A stretch of 64,000 nucleotides of DNA from Syncephalis fuscata S228 (Eukaryota > Fungi > Zoopagomycota): NCBI GenBank assembly GCA_025786725.1, contig JAHLTZ010000007.1, positions 682,001 through 746,000 of the forward strand. Reading direction: 5' to 3'. Position 1 is the stretch's first letter. Every line of letters starts with the position of its first letter. Below the pieces are notes generated by a model that was given only the letters and a program-made list of their open reading frames with translations, ran no database searches and had not been told where the DNA came from. The position numbers and the translations under genes are program-made. Shown piece after piece: positions 1 through 13,424 of the stretch.

Positions 1-1
1 T

Positions 2-403
2 GACTATGATCTTGTAGTACCATTGAAAAAAAATATTTTTAGGAAACTAAAGTATATGACCAATAATTCTGGTTCGCTCGAATATATATCACCTGAAGCT
101 GTAATGAAGATGCCATGCGATTTGCGTAAAAAAGATACCTGGGGAGCAGCAATGACTATTTACACTTTGCTATTCAATCGTTATCTATTTGAAGAAGAAA
201 AAAGTAAATTTGCAAATAAGCTCATTGAACTAAGAAACCTTGGATGGGATTTATCGATAGAAATTCCCCTAACTTATAACGTGGATGCAGATACCAAAAT
301 GGGTTTAGAATCGCTTGTCAGGACTCTTATACTTTTGCTAAAGCCTAAGTTTGAAGATCGTTATACACCTGAGAAGTTTTTAATGCAAAAGCGAGTTAAT
401 TAG
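2..403 (+). CDS. Protein kinase-like protein, C-lobe only (5'-truncated by window edge)
   Basis: Frame open from base 2: DYDLVVPL... (DFG position), GSLEYISPE (subdomain VIII), KKDTWGAAMTIY (IX), LLKPKFEDRYTPE (XI Arg); stop TAG 401-403. Confidence 0.8.
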   Translation, partial: DYDLVVPLKKNIFRKLKYMTNNSGSLEYISPEAVMKMPCDLRKKDTWGAAMTIYTLLFNRYLFEEEKSKFANKLIELRNLGWDLSIEIPLTYNVDADTKMGLESLVRTLILLLKPKFEDRYTPEKFLMQKRVN

Positions 404-534
404 TCTAGCTGGCTACTGGTTTCACGGCTTCTAAAATGGCTAATTGCTAGTCTTGAAATTTGGCTATTAGACTTTTGACTATTATAAATAAACACTTGTC
501 ATTTACTATCTAGTAACACTGAGTCAACATGCAA

Positions 535-745
535 TTAATTGGAATATATAACAATAAATGTGTATATTGTATCGTAGAATGATATACAGTAGTGTGGGAT
601 AAAATGGGGATAATGCAAGTAAATGGTGGATATATACATATTGGATAATGAATCTATGATGATGAGTATTTGATGACTGATGTCACTCACCACCCATCAT
701 CATGTTCAATAAAAGAATGTGCAGCTCAATTGCGCGAATGTTATT
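535..745 (+). repeat. Dispersed repeat family A, copy 1 (boundaries approximate)
   Basis: Core 631-670 TATATACATATTGGATAATGAATCTATGATGATGAGTATT matches the reverse complement of 43884-43923 at 38/40 and 38521-38560 at 33/40; flanks also align. Confidence 0.8.
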
Positions 746-1068
746 AAAAATAATCACTTGATTCCAAATTACATTAAATGGCTAGTAAATTGTTTAATAA
801 AATATATACAATAAATGCATCCCGTACACTAATATGTACATAATGACAGCAAATTGTTGCTGTAAAACCTTTTTTTATTTCATAAATATATTGCTAAATA
901 AATAAAATAAGATGAATGTAAGCCGGCTACTTTGCTACAATTGTTCTTTACATTTACGTACACATGCACTAAAAATAAAATAAGAGAAATGCGACAAAAG
1001 GGCAGGTTTTTATATAATTTTGAACTGATATAGAACGCAAGATATAATACCATTGTTGTAATTAAAAA

Positions 1069-2450
1069 TTACTCCTCGTCTTCAAAGTCTTCATCTTCGT
1101 CATCATCTTCGATATCGGCCTCAAACTTTTCAAAGATGTGCTCGATAAACTCACGTTCGAGGATGTCATCAGCTTCGTAGAGTGTTTCCAAACCGGAACC
1201 GCCCTCCTTCCATTGATCCAACAAGGTAGAGCATTCGTCGGCACGCTTCAAGAAGAAGACCGACTGGGCAAGACGCAACAAAACAGCCGACTCATCACGC
1301 TCCTTTTCCAGCTTTAAAGCAGTACGATAGTTTTTCTCAGCTGAAGCCAACAATTCATTTTCGTTAGCCTTGCTTGATGGCAATGGGAGCTGGGAGCGAC
1401 CAAAGATAGCATCACCCAAATACACGTGAAGTGCCGAGTTTTCAGAGTCAACACTGACGGCGCGTTCAAATTGCTGAATAGCCTTTTCGTAATGAGGAAC
1501 AATATCGGGTTCGGCTGCGGCAATACGGGCATCAATTATGGCGGTGATCTTCTCCTCATCTTCTTCATCTTCTTCATCGTCCTCTTCATTTCCAATTGAA
1601 GCCTCAGCCAAACGACCATGAGCCAAGCTCAAATAGAGCTCAGCCAAATCAACGATGGCTTCAGTGCGCTTCTCATCGGCAGCAATGGCCTCCTCGAGTT
1701 TGGCAATGGCTGGCTCATAGAAGCTAGCATTAAGTTCGCCACTTTGGTCCTGGCGATAGCTGGCCTGTGCCTGCAAGACATTGGCCCACTCTTGAAGTAG
1801 CTCTGCACGACGACTGGCATCCAAATCCAAAGCACGTGCAATGCGGCCAACAGAATCTTCAAACTTCTTTTTGGCCTCCTCGCTTGTGCTTTCCATGCAA
1901 CCCAACGATGTGATGGATTGAACGACGGCAATGACAATGTCAATCAAGTGGCCGTTGGTGTAGGCCTCGCCCTTGGCATCAACGGCACCGGAAGCAATCT
2001 GTTGCTCGCGTAGCGGATAGGCACGTTCGTAAAGCTCAATGGCTTTCTCCATCAAAGGAGTACCGCCCTCGGTATCATCCAACTCATCTACAAAAAGGTC
2101 ACACTTGATGGCAAGTGCCTGACCAAGATGATATAGAATATCGGCATTGTCTGGGCTCAGCTTCTCGGCTTGTTCAAGCTTCTCGATAGCATCAGTGCTT
2201 AGCTCCAGTTTTTTCTCAACACCCTCTTCTTCGACTACCACGAATTCAGCAAGGGTAAATAGAGCACGGCCCCATTGATATAAACAGTGGCTATCGTCGG
2301 TCTTCAGCTTGTGAGCGTTCTCGTAGGCCGCCGCAGCTTGAGTAGCAAGCTCAATGGCATTTCAACTTCTATATCTTCATCAGCTTCTATCTTTTGTACA
2401 CATTCGTTGGCATTGGCCATCCATTGTTCAAAGGTAGTTGGTGCAGACAT
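1069..2450 (-). CDS. TPR-repeat protein with acidic tail (paralogue 1); one frame break near 2360
   Basis: ATG 2450 MSAPTTFEQWMANANEC..., continues in the -1 frame as NAIELATQAAAAYENAHKLKTDDSHCLYQWGRALF into the ORF ending at 1069; TPR-like helices (ADILYHLGQALA, LHVYLGDAIF); collinear with 4363-5763. Confidence 0.8.
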
Positions 2451-4304
2451 AGTGACAATAAAGAATGGTCAGACAGACAGGCAGCAAGCAGACAGCGAAA
2501 AACAATCAAACAGGAGGAAGAGAGGCGACGACAGTAGGCAGCGCTTTGTACGTGGCTGACGCGTTGGGGCGCAACACATTTATACTCGATGCATCGCTCC
2601 ACAAGGAGAGAAGAAAGTTACTAGTCGGGCTTTCGCCTTTTTGCTTTTTTTTCTTTCCTTTTTTGGTTTATTCTTGTTGTGGATTGGTGCGCCCTTTTAT
2701 GACGTCGGAGTAACGGCAATGACGAATTTGCAACCACGTGGATTAATTTTTCTTTTTTTCTTGAAATTAGCTCTCAAATTATCATTGATAGTGTAGAGAG
2801 ATAGCACTACTCTTTAACCGGTTATTAATACATCTTAGATAGGTTGCATTCGATTAAAATGCAGTAGAACTATTTAGCATGGCATGCAATACATAGAGTG
2901 TTTATAAACTAGTTATATTTAATAAATAACTACTAATCAACTGTAACAATCTATAACTACTATATTTATTCTGTATAATGCCATGTGGCCATAATAGTAA
3001 CTCATATACACGAGTACTTGTAGTGATCAAGTTATGCCTGTAAACGCTTATAACTAAATTAGCTAAATATTGACATATATATATATATACGTGTATGATA
3101 TATATGTACTTAATACTATGTTGTCTGTTGTACAATCCAATAAACTCATTGTCAAGTATCACTACTAAATGACAGCTGTAATCAATATTTTCACGTTTAT
3201 ATGAAAGCTTGATTGATTACATATTTCTATTAATTAAATTTATTGTAATAACAGTAATAAAAATATTATTTAGAATTTAAAAAAACTACAAATGTTGAGC
3301 AAAGGCCAAATAACTATCCAAAGTTTATAGTTAGAGTTTTTACGTATTTTTATTTTCATCACCGACACTATTATTTAAAGTCTTCCAATAAGTATTTTTA
3401 GTTAAAAAACTTACTAGTTATTTAGTTTTTATGGTTAAATCTATTTGATACAAAGCTTGTGTAACACATGATAATGCAAATGTAGCCCAATAGTTTTAAA
3501 TAAATTGACTATTAATGTTAAATATACAAATGCCATATTTAATTAATACTAGTCATCATGTAAATGATAAAACAATCCTATTATTTACATCTGCGTTTCA
3601 ATAGTTTGGTGCTACATTTATAATTTCATAAACATCGTTAATGTAACCAATACTTCAAAACGACAAAAATTTAAATTAGTAATTATTACAAGTGTTCATT
3701 ATCACAAATAACTAACCTAATCAAATACTGCAATATTAAGATATCATTCATCCACTATGCTTATAATTTGATGCTAGAATATCTGAATTAGCATAAAGAT
3801 GCTCTTTTAATCTACTGTTTATTCTTCTGTACGCAGTCTTATTTAATATACTATTAAAACGGTTTTTGGAGCATTGATTATTAACCGGTTCTATGATCAC
3901 CGGTTAATACGCAGTTTATTACTGTTGTACATCACAAACTGACAGTATTTGGCCAGGACTGCATGATGTGTACAGCGTGATATTTACACATTGTGTTGCA
4001 TATGATACACACATAACCATATCGTTATAATAGATGGAATAAACAACATAAATATAATAAATATATAACATCATCTATTAGTATATTATTGATACAATTA
4101 AGCCTATCTTGTTTAAAAGCTTTTATTGTTTAATTTAAATTATAGCAATATTAATACAAAACATAAAGTGCAGTATTATAGAACCTATCGTCAGTATAAT
4201 AACAATTATATAGGTCTATTCTCACTTTTTCCTCTTCATCGTGCACGTGAATCCATACATCACCTCTCGACAATCCTCTATTCGTTTATTTCTGTGCATT
4301 GCTT

Positions 4305-4362
4305 ATTACTACTACTACTACTACTACTACTATACTACTTACTACTTACTACTTACTACTAC
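4305..4362 (+). repeat. Imperfect (TAC)n/(TACT)n microsatellite abutting the start codon of TPR paralogue 2
   Basis: tactactactactactactactatactacttactacttactacttactactacg-ATG seen directly. Confidence 0.85.
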
Positions 4363-5763
4363 GATGACCACACCCAACACTTTTGAGCAATGGATGGAAC
4401 AGGCGGCTTTGCTAGAGAGTAAAGCAGAGACTAAAGACTATCTGAGATGGAGGCACTCGACGCCTATACACAGGCCGCGTCTGCTTACACCGAGGCCAAT
4501 AGCCTCCAACCAGATGACGCCGCATGTCTATACAACTGGGGACGTGTACTATTTATTCTAGGTGGATTTGTCGACGGAGATGAAGATCCAGACGAGAAGC
4601 TTCAATATGTCAACGAGGCCATCACAAAATTTGAAGCATCAGTGAAGCGGCAACCCGATAATACAGACGCGCTCTTTAATCTCGCTCAAGCACTAGCTAC
4701 GCGGTGTGATTTACTCGTTGATACAGATAACGATCGGGCTGCGGGTGAGCCCTTACTACGACGAGCCATTAAACTATTCGACCAAGTTTACCAACTACAA
4801 GAAGTAGCAGCGGCCAACGCTGACACCACAATGCCAGACGACAACACAGCCGATAATCCCACAAGTAAACCATTGCCTACTATTAACAAAAATACGCTTG
4901 TAGATACAGTTTCAACTGTTGCCGAGTGTATTACTTCACTTGCTTGTTTGCAAGAAACGAGCGAACAAGCTGATTCGCTATTTGACGAGGCTTGTCAACG
5001 ATTGGAACGTGCACTTGAGTTAAGCAATGAACGTCGCGCCGATATTCTATGTGATTGGGCCGCCGTACTTGAAGCCAAGGTAAATCATCAGCAGCAACAA
5101 CAACAACCAGATACGGTTAAACGCATGGATGTAAGCCTTTATGATCCGGTCATTGCCAAATTACAAGAAGCCATTGAAGCAGGACCGACCCTCGCCGATC
5201 CACGATGTGATCTAGGCGATTTATACTTGGGTATTGCTCATGGCCGACTTATTGAAGCAACCTTCGATGCCGATTTAGATGAGACAAAGGTGGTCACTGT
5301 TGATGCCACTACGGAAGAGGAGATGAAACGACAAGCTGAAGCGCGTATTGCCGCTATGGATGGCGAAATTACCCCGTATTACGAAAAGGCATGTGCGGCT
5401 TTTAAAGAAGCGGCTGAACTTGAGATTAGCAATGTAGGCATTCGACAGAAACTAGGCGACATCTACTTTGCCCGATCACGTCTACCGCTAGATTCGGCCA
5501 AGGCTATTGAACAAACACTACTTAAAGAGGCCGAACATTGGTATCAACAAACACTTGAAGCGGCCGTCGATGACCCAGAACCCATTATCCGTCTGGCCCA
5601 AGTCTATGAAGTACAAGGTCGTAAAGAAGAGTATATAAAACTATTGGATCAATGGAATGCACTAGGCGGTACAGTAGGTGAGCTGTACGAAGAAGACGAT
5701 GTGTTTGAAATGGGCTTTATTGATAAAGTAGCAAAGCAATTGGAAACAAAAGATGCCAGCTAG
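4363..5763 (+). CDS. TPR-repeat protein (paralogue 2); one frame break near 4432-4446
   Basis: ATG 4363 MTTPNTFEQWMEQAALLESKAETK..., then -1 frame MEALDAYTQAASAY...DDAACLYNWGRVLF; aligns along its length with paralogue 1 (DALFNLAQALATRCDL vs DILYHLGQALAIKCDL; LDQWNALGG vs LDQWKEGG). Confidence 0.8.
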
Positions 5764-5904
5764 AAAAACAACCAAAGAATTTCCTAATAATAAACACTTT
5801 ACTTAATAAGAAAAGTAGTGTAATAGCTGTTTAATTCAAATAATCATATATTGTTTTACTTTTCTCGTTATTGATACTGTTGTATTACTGTGGTGTATTA
5901 CTTG

Positions 5905-8900
5905 TTAATGAGCAGTCATTTCCTCAACTGCTACTGATGCATCTGAATAATTATGTAACCGTTCTCCAACTAGAAACTCTTCTTCAAATACACCGGTCAC
6001 CCATCGTTTAATAACTATACTTCCAAAATGATATAGACCAACAGTCAATAGAGCCAACATCTCCACGGGATAGGCCAGTAAATAAAACTGTTTCTCTACT
6101 ACTTCACCGCCCATACCTATAAATATAAGTATAAATTATATTTGTGTGTATATATATATTAATACATCAATATCCACTCTATATAGCTATAGCTATACTT
6201 ACCCCAATAATGGAATATCCTTAATATTAATGGACCAAATATATAAGGTGCGGCTAAAAAGAAACATAACATTGAAACAATTGGCAGTGCAAAATAGATC
6301 ATGGCATCAAAAGTATTCCATTCTGCCACATTACCCGTCAATATCTAAATAAATATCAATATTTCATTATTATTATTATTATTATTATACTATAGACTAG
6401 TTACTAGTTACTAGTTACTACTTACCCGGGTCACTGCTCGATTAATAAAGTTGTTGGGGAATAATAGTGCTACTTGTATGGCCATTTTACAATATAAAAT
6501 ACCCAGTGCCCAATCCTATATAATAGATTAGATCAGCCTATTAAATATATATATATATCTGTACTTACTTGAAGAAGAATAATAACATAATTACGCTTAT
6601 CTTGTTGTGTCAGTATGGGCAATAAAAGACATCGCTTAATTGTAATAGACAATAGATAAGGAATAACCACACCAAATACAATACATAATGAAAGTATTTG
6701 TATAACCTATCAATGACCCCATCATTAATATCCATTTATAGTAATAATACAATAGACTACTTACCAGGAATGTATATCTAAATATAATACGGAAAGTACG
6801 TCGCCATCTCATACGACGCATCTGTTTAACAAATGATTTCATTTGTAATAACATATCCACTAAACAAATAGCAATTGAAATGGTTGAAATACCCGTAAAG
6901 AAGGCATAAATATCATGTTCAGCCCGATGAGTAATCCACCGTTCACACATAAATCGACCCAATAACACTATAATTACACATTAGATCTATTGTATCTCTA
7001 CATCTATATTCTATTTAACTTACATGGACCAACGGTAAATGTCACCCCTATTAGGGTGCCAGTGAGCCACATTAGAAATAGAAATAGACAAATCTACCAT
7101 CATTTATATAAATATACAATTAGACTATACAAAAAATAAACTTACTCGAGTACGGAAATAGGTGGGTAGATATACAATAATACCTCGTTGTTCCGGTGCC
7201 ACACTATCATCGATTAATGATTGATCCTCGGTATTTAATGGTTCTCCCGCTTCATTCACTGGAATAAATACCGATCGATCTAACCAGACTGGAATACTGT
7301 CATAGCTTGGGGCCAGTACGAGTCGACCAACTAATCTAGTTTCCGCTTTATCCTCTTCATTGATCCATCGTTCAATGACCTCCTCTTCCGGATGTCGTCC
7401 CCCAAACATAAATGAAGATAGACGAAGTAGATACGAGACGGCCTTCCACCAAGCCGCAAAGTAAATACGGAAATGTCGTTTAGGACGGGCCCATGTCACG
7501 ACAATCGGTACCACAAGATGTAGAACCAGTAAATCAATAGGGAAATCCGATATTGGTTTACTATGGATAGTGATCATTAGTGTGACAATCGACTATTACT
7601 CGTAAATCACTTACTCAAGTGTCCATTTAAGGGGTAGAATAGTGGTTGTTAATCGATCTATGGCATAGATAACTCCACCAAAACAAATAACAATAATGCC
7701 CATATACATAAGACCAGATGCGGCCACTTTACGTAATTGCACCCAAGCAGTCCGTTCAAGTATTTCCTTCATGGGATGGAATCGAGGATCATTGGGATCT
7801 CTAATAAACCACATTACCCCAGGCCGTACAACCTTACGACAAGTAATAATAAAGTTTGAAAAGAAAAACATAAATCCGGTACCTACAAACCAATGTAGAA
7901 ATACCGAAGTAAATGGTGCATCTAATTGGAATTCAATACGTGTAAATATAGTCACACCAGAGAACAATGGTAATGTGGCAAAGTCCAATAGAATACCACA
8001 AGCTGTAGGGAAGACCACCAATTCAATAATAACAAAGAAAATAACTTTAACCACCATGGCTGCCATTAAGAATCCTTGTTGCATAGCATTACCCACTGCA
8101 TGTCCATAAGCATTACGTGTATAAGCCTGTCATTATCATTATTGTTATTATTATTGTTGTTATTACTAATACTATACTTGTACTTACTAGATATAAGATT
8201 AGATCAAATCCAATGACCATATAGCCAATAGCGACACTTAAAAAGTTATCGGCAGGTGTATTGCCATAGGCAAATGATTGCCATCGTTCTTGTAGTTTAA
8301 TCACGGTCTCGTGATTAGGATCACCACCTAGAAGCCATCCCGCCATAGAAAAGGTGGCATTGGCCGCGGCACTTATAGGCAGATGAGTAGCTTTAGATGG
8401 ATCATTCAATGTACTGTCCACTTGGATAGCATGTTGTGTAAATGCCTCAATCCACTGTCTACCTTGTGTATGGACCAATTCAATGACTTCATTAGATGTG
8501 TTGATTAACCAGGTGGACTGTTGAGTAAGATAGTCATTTAACCATGGCATCGTAGTAGATGTTGATATAGTATCAAATGTTAATAGTCTAGATGTCACTT
8601 GTTGTGTATAATAAACAAGTAGAGTCATAACATGAATAAATAGGGTTGTTAACCATAAGAATGGACGTAACAAGAATAGAGATATTCGCCAACATAATGG
8701 TAACCATACATCCAATGTAAAATCAACAATAGGATCAGTAATTAACCGTAAAATACGTAATGGCAATGTTATATAGTCTAATGGACTCATCTAATGGATA
8801 GTAGTAATTAGTATTAATAGTATATACTTTTATTTACTTACCAGTACAAATGTCTTGCCTACAATGTAAGGCATCCATGCCGCACAGGCCAGTGCCAACA

Positions 8901-11466
8901 TTACTAGAATGGTCATTAGTGCAGCATTCTGGAATAATAATCCAATAGGACCACGAATACCCATGGCTTCTAATACACCATCAAATTCTTCACCGGCCAT
9001 TTCATTAAATTGTTGATCAAATTCCGCATTTAACCATTATTAATAAGCTCATTGTTATTGTTATTAACATTCATCGGTATAATGGTCCATTGTTATTGTT
9101 ATTGTTATTCTCTTCTAATTCATTATCACGTCCATTATCTTCTTCATCTTCACCTTCATCGCCTTCTTCATCCTCTTCATCTTCATCGTCTAATCGTTCG
9201 GCTACCCATGCTTGTACTTGACGGAAGAATCTGGTAGTATATTATTTATTTGTTCTTCAGCTCTTTCCTCTTCTTCATTTAATATATCTGCTTCCACTTG
9301 ATGGTTATTATCTGCCCTTAATGGTAACTGTAATCCTTCATTTTCTTGTTCTTCTTCTTGTTCTTCTTCTTCTTCTTCATTCTCTTCTAATAATGGTTCA
9401 TCTTCCATAGGTGGAGATGCTGGACGAGCAGCATTCAAGAAATGTGTTTCATTATCAATTGTTCTTCTAAATGCACCTTCTCTATCCAAAAAGTTATCTC
9501 TTAATTCATCAGGTATTGGTTCATTGATATCCATGTCACCCATAAATGGATCTACCAATTGATCTTTAACAATGACTTCACCAAACTATTATCAAATACT
9601 TCTTCTTTTACATCTTGTTGTTGTTGTTGTTGTTGATCATTTATATCGTAAATAGATTCATTTTGACTATTATTTGAATAGGCTATATCACCATTATGCC
9701 ATACAGATGCCATCTTATTTGGATAGAGTTGTATTGACCAGCCACGACGTGGTCCATATCGTTTAGATGTCGATACAGTATGATTCATTTTACATTGACG
9801 ACAATATTTAGAGAATACAGCGCGTCTAGGTGATCGACGTGCTACTGCCCAATGAACATGAACTGACCACGCTTTACCCGTTACTGTACAGCGTGAATTG
9901 GGCCATTTATGCTGAATGGGTGGTTGATCGGATTCTTTAAATACAAAATGTGACATTTTACCTGTGGTTTCATCACCAGTACTGATCCATGTTGTTACTT
10001 GTGCTTGATCCTTTTTCTGGTGGATATCTGTTGGTAATGTACGATGAATCACATTAAATGGTCTTTGATGTTGTGGTGAATTGGATAGACGGGCTATTCT
10101 CAATAGACGGTAACGACGATTGAAATTAGAAGTATAACGACCACAAGCAGTACGGGGACGGGATGAAATGGATTTAGTGGGCCATTTAGCTGTCTTGCTC
10201 TTACGTATTGTTTTCGGCGCTTCATGTTGATTAGCCATTAACATTTCCATTTCATTTCTTGTTTGTACCAAGTAGGCAAGTTCAGCACGTACTTGTGCCA
10301 TAACTGCTGCATTACCTTGTTCAGGTGGTGGTGGTGCTGTACAGGTCCTTCTGGTAATGGTGGTTGTAATTGTTGTCGGGGTACATCGATAGGTGCATTT
10401 GGATCGACGGGTATTTGTAATTCAGCGGTGGTGTATTTTGTAATATCCATTCTCGAAGTAAGAATCCTGCTACAAATACGACGACTACTAAACAGGCAAT
10501 AATTTGACCTTCAAAACAATCGGCAAAGAACCGACTAACAACTACAATAAGTTGTCGTTCATCAACAGCTTGTATTTGAGTTGTATTACTAGTTGTTGTT
10601 GTTGTTGTATTATTTAATAGCGATACATTCTTCTGACCACCAGTAACAATACCGTACATGGCAGCATCGATAAGTGCATACCATAGTCCATTGGGGCCAT
10701 TATAGGTTGAGTTTGCCATATAGGCCATATATTCCTTTTCTCTTAATTGGGCAATATGGGCAGGTAACTGTGCACCACTTAGTCCAAATGCTACATTCTC
10801 TCCACTCCAAAGTAGTGTACGCAATGACCAAACAGTAATATAGGGAAGGGCTATGAGCCAGACTGTACTGGCAAGTAAAATACGTAATCCAAAAGCAAAT
10901 GATTGAAATATACGCTCAATGGCACATCGAATAAGTAGAGTCAATGGAATGGTCTTGGGCATATCTTCTCGATAAACTTAATAGAGTGATTATAGGGTTA
11001 ATTGTATATTTAAGTGGTCATCAACTATTATATTTGGCTTACCTCGAGTAAATGAAAATTGGAACTTGCATAGCTCACAGTGTCTAATAATTACAATAAC
11101 AATAATAACAATTCATTCATTAATAAGATACCACATATACATAAATATTTTACAGAATGATTTTACTAACCGTTTACCACTACGTGATAACCATTCTTTT
11201 AAACTAAAATTATTAATAAATTAGTATATTGTATAATTATAGTAGTTTAATAACGCTAAAGCTCATTACCAATCTTCATGGACATATTTGATACTGCCGG
11301 AACAACGACATGGATGAAAGAGTGGCTGGTCGGGTGTTGCTTCACAGCGACAAACGCGACAGATTTCTAAAGTAAACGTTAGTAGATTCTATTGATTCAA
11401 AGGGTTACAATAGTATATACCTGCTTCGTCCTCGCCATCAATAGGCGATGTCGACGGTTCAGACAT
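5905..11466 (-). CDS. SSM4: ERAD E3 ubiquitin ligase Doa10/Ssm4/MARCH6 (RING-CH + TD domain), multi-exon, with about 6 frame breaks in the long exon
   Basis: Spliced N-terminus [65 protein letters not shown] (RING-CH); [14 protein letters not shown]; TD-domain [15 protein letters not shown]...HWFVGT...[15 protein letters not shown]; C-terminal [12 protein letters not shown]. Confidence 0.93.
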
Positions 11467-13200
11467 GATGGTCACCAGAAGATAGCGCCAATACCAGTAG
11501 AAGTAAACGAGATTTGGAAAGATATCTCCAACGGTGTTGAATTGTAGCCACACGATTACGTATCAATGTAGAATCGTGTCTATCTGGTAGTGACGTGTAG
11601 ATATATATATATCGGCACTATATAGGATATGCAAAAGTAGCAACAACGATAAAGATCGTACTCTATGCCGTGCATGCCACAATAAACTGTAGACACGTTA
11701 AATAAACAACAATGACTACAGTACACTAATAGTAGTAACAGTGGCAATCGAGTCTTTTTTAATAATAGGTGTAGAAATAAGAACAAGTGACGTACGGGTA
11801 AAGTGTCCATTCACTCCCACGACTAATACCTCCAAATAGACAAGAATAGTAATAGTAATAGTAACGGAAGCCTGTCTTGGCCACCAACTCTTAATCAACA
11901 AGTGTATTAAGCAAACCTGTTTATATACAAGTAGAGTAATAATAAATGTTTACAAGCTAGTTTTAATAACAAATAAGTAAACAAGTGAAGGAATATTATA
12001 TATAAATGGAAAGTAAAATGTGGAATAAAAAGACGCTACATTGTGTCAAAACTTGATCATTCAATGTCTATGTAGTGTATTATATGTTAATTAATATTCA
12101 GTATTGCTATTATTAGATGACATATATTATAAGTAAAAATATTTAAACTGTTCTATAATCAATATCTTATAACAAATGGTTTCTAATATCAAACAATAAT
12201 ACGTCATTATTGTGTTAATTTTATATGATAAATAATATTAGCATGATAAATAAAATATATAGTAATTACATGTTTTTATTAAATATTAGTTACATTTAAT
12301 ATTTATTATTTGAATTGTAATAAGATAAATAAGAATAACAACACTAGTATTTTATCTTTAAATCCACACGTTAAGATGATCACAAAACGATAGCTGAACT
12401 AAAAACTGGTGTTTTGAGACAAAAAGAGCAAATGTTCATTGTCTGACAGCTCTAGTTACGCACAACAACAGTTAATGTTAATTGTCAGTATTATTATTAA
12501 GCAATTGACAATAGACCACACAATCATTTGTATGATATTGCTATTATTTGCAATTGCATATGTAATTCAATAAAATGTACTAATATTTATCTACAAATTT
12601 AAGAAATAAGGCGCATTTAAAATGCAAACGGGTAGAATATAACCAGAGAATGTGCAATTAATGGCCAGTCACTAGCAATGACGACAGTTACAATATCGGG
12701 TCAAAACAAGCACTGTGATAACGAAAGGCTCAATGCAGTACTGTACCATTAACTACTGGCTATACACTAGTAAATATATTGTTGTATTTATATAGCAGCC
12801 ATAATCACTGTATAGTTTGGTTTGCCATAGATTGCCACTGCAGCTCATACTAACAACAGTTTGTACAGTCTTTATAGCAGCAGATTACACTGTCGCTATT
12901 GAAATTGTACATACTACTGCTAAACAGCCTGTAATACTACTCATAGTAAAACAAAGCATACAGCGATATTTTGACATCATATGCTTAACATAATATAAAA
13001 CAAGCCAAAAATGCACTTACCGTGTCAACAAAGCTGCCAAAAGCAATGATCAAAGTGATTAAGATGGTTTGTAAAAAGAAGTCAGATTACAAAAGAGCAA
13101 TGCAAATACATATTGTAGAAGGTGTTTGTACATAACTAGTAGTCAGTCAGCTACTGATACTATTTAGATGGTATATATAGAGTGTACAAGTATATGCAAT

Positions 13201-13290
13201 GGATATATGCTGTCAAGTGTGAAGAAAGAGAAAGGAAATGTGATGACGTAGATTGTGAGATGTGAGCCTGTCAGTCAATATTTATAAACA
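13201..13290 (+). repeat. Dispersed repeat family B, copy 1 (boundaries approximate)
   Basis: atgctgtcaagtgtgaagaaagagaaaggaaatgtgatgacgtagattgt resembles 26049-26100 atgttgtcaagtgtaaagaatataaaggaaggtgcaaggacgtagactgt. Confidence 0.55.
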
Positions 13291-13424
13291 AAAGAGTTTA
13301 ATTCATTAATAAATGGAGTGTAAATAATAAAAGTCAATCTACCCAACATGTCGGTACATCATATAACAGATTAATAGTAAATAAATAAATGCATTAAGAA
13401 TAAAAGTTATTTGGTATTAAAAAC

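Noticed and set aside
5905-11466. Calling Doa10, PPR, SDR and the TPR genes pseudogenes
   Set aside because: Conserved motifs are intact, there are no nonsense substitutions, and every break is a single missing base, which fits consensus error better.
12640-13110. Possible relic of a small secreted Cys-rich gene on the minus strand (FFLQTILITLIIAFGSFVDT then GTAAGT)
   Set aside because: No in-frame start, multiple stops and no recognisable family.
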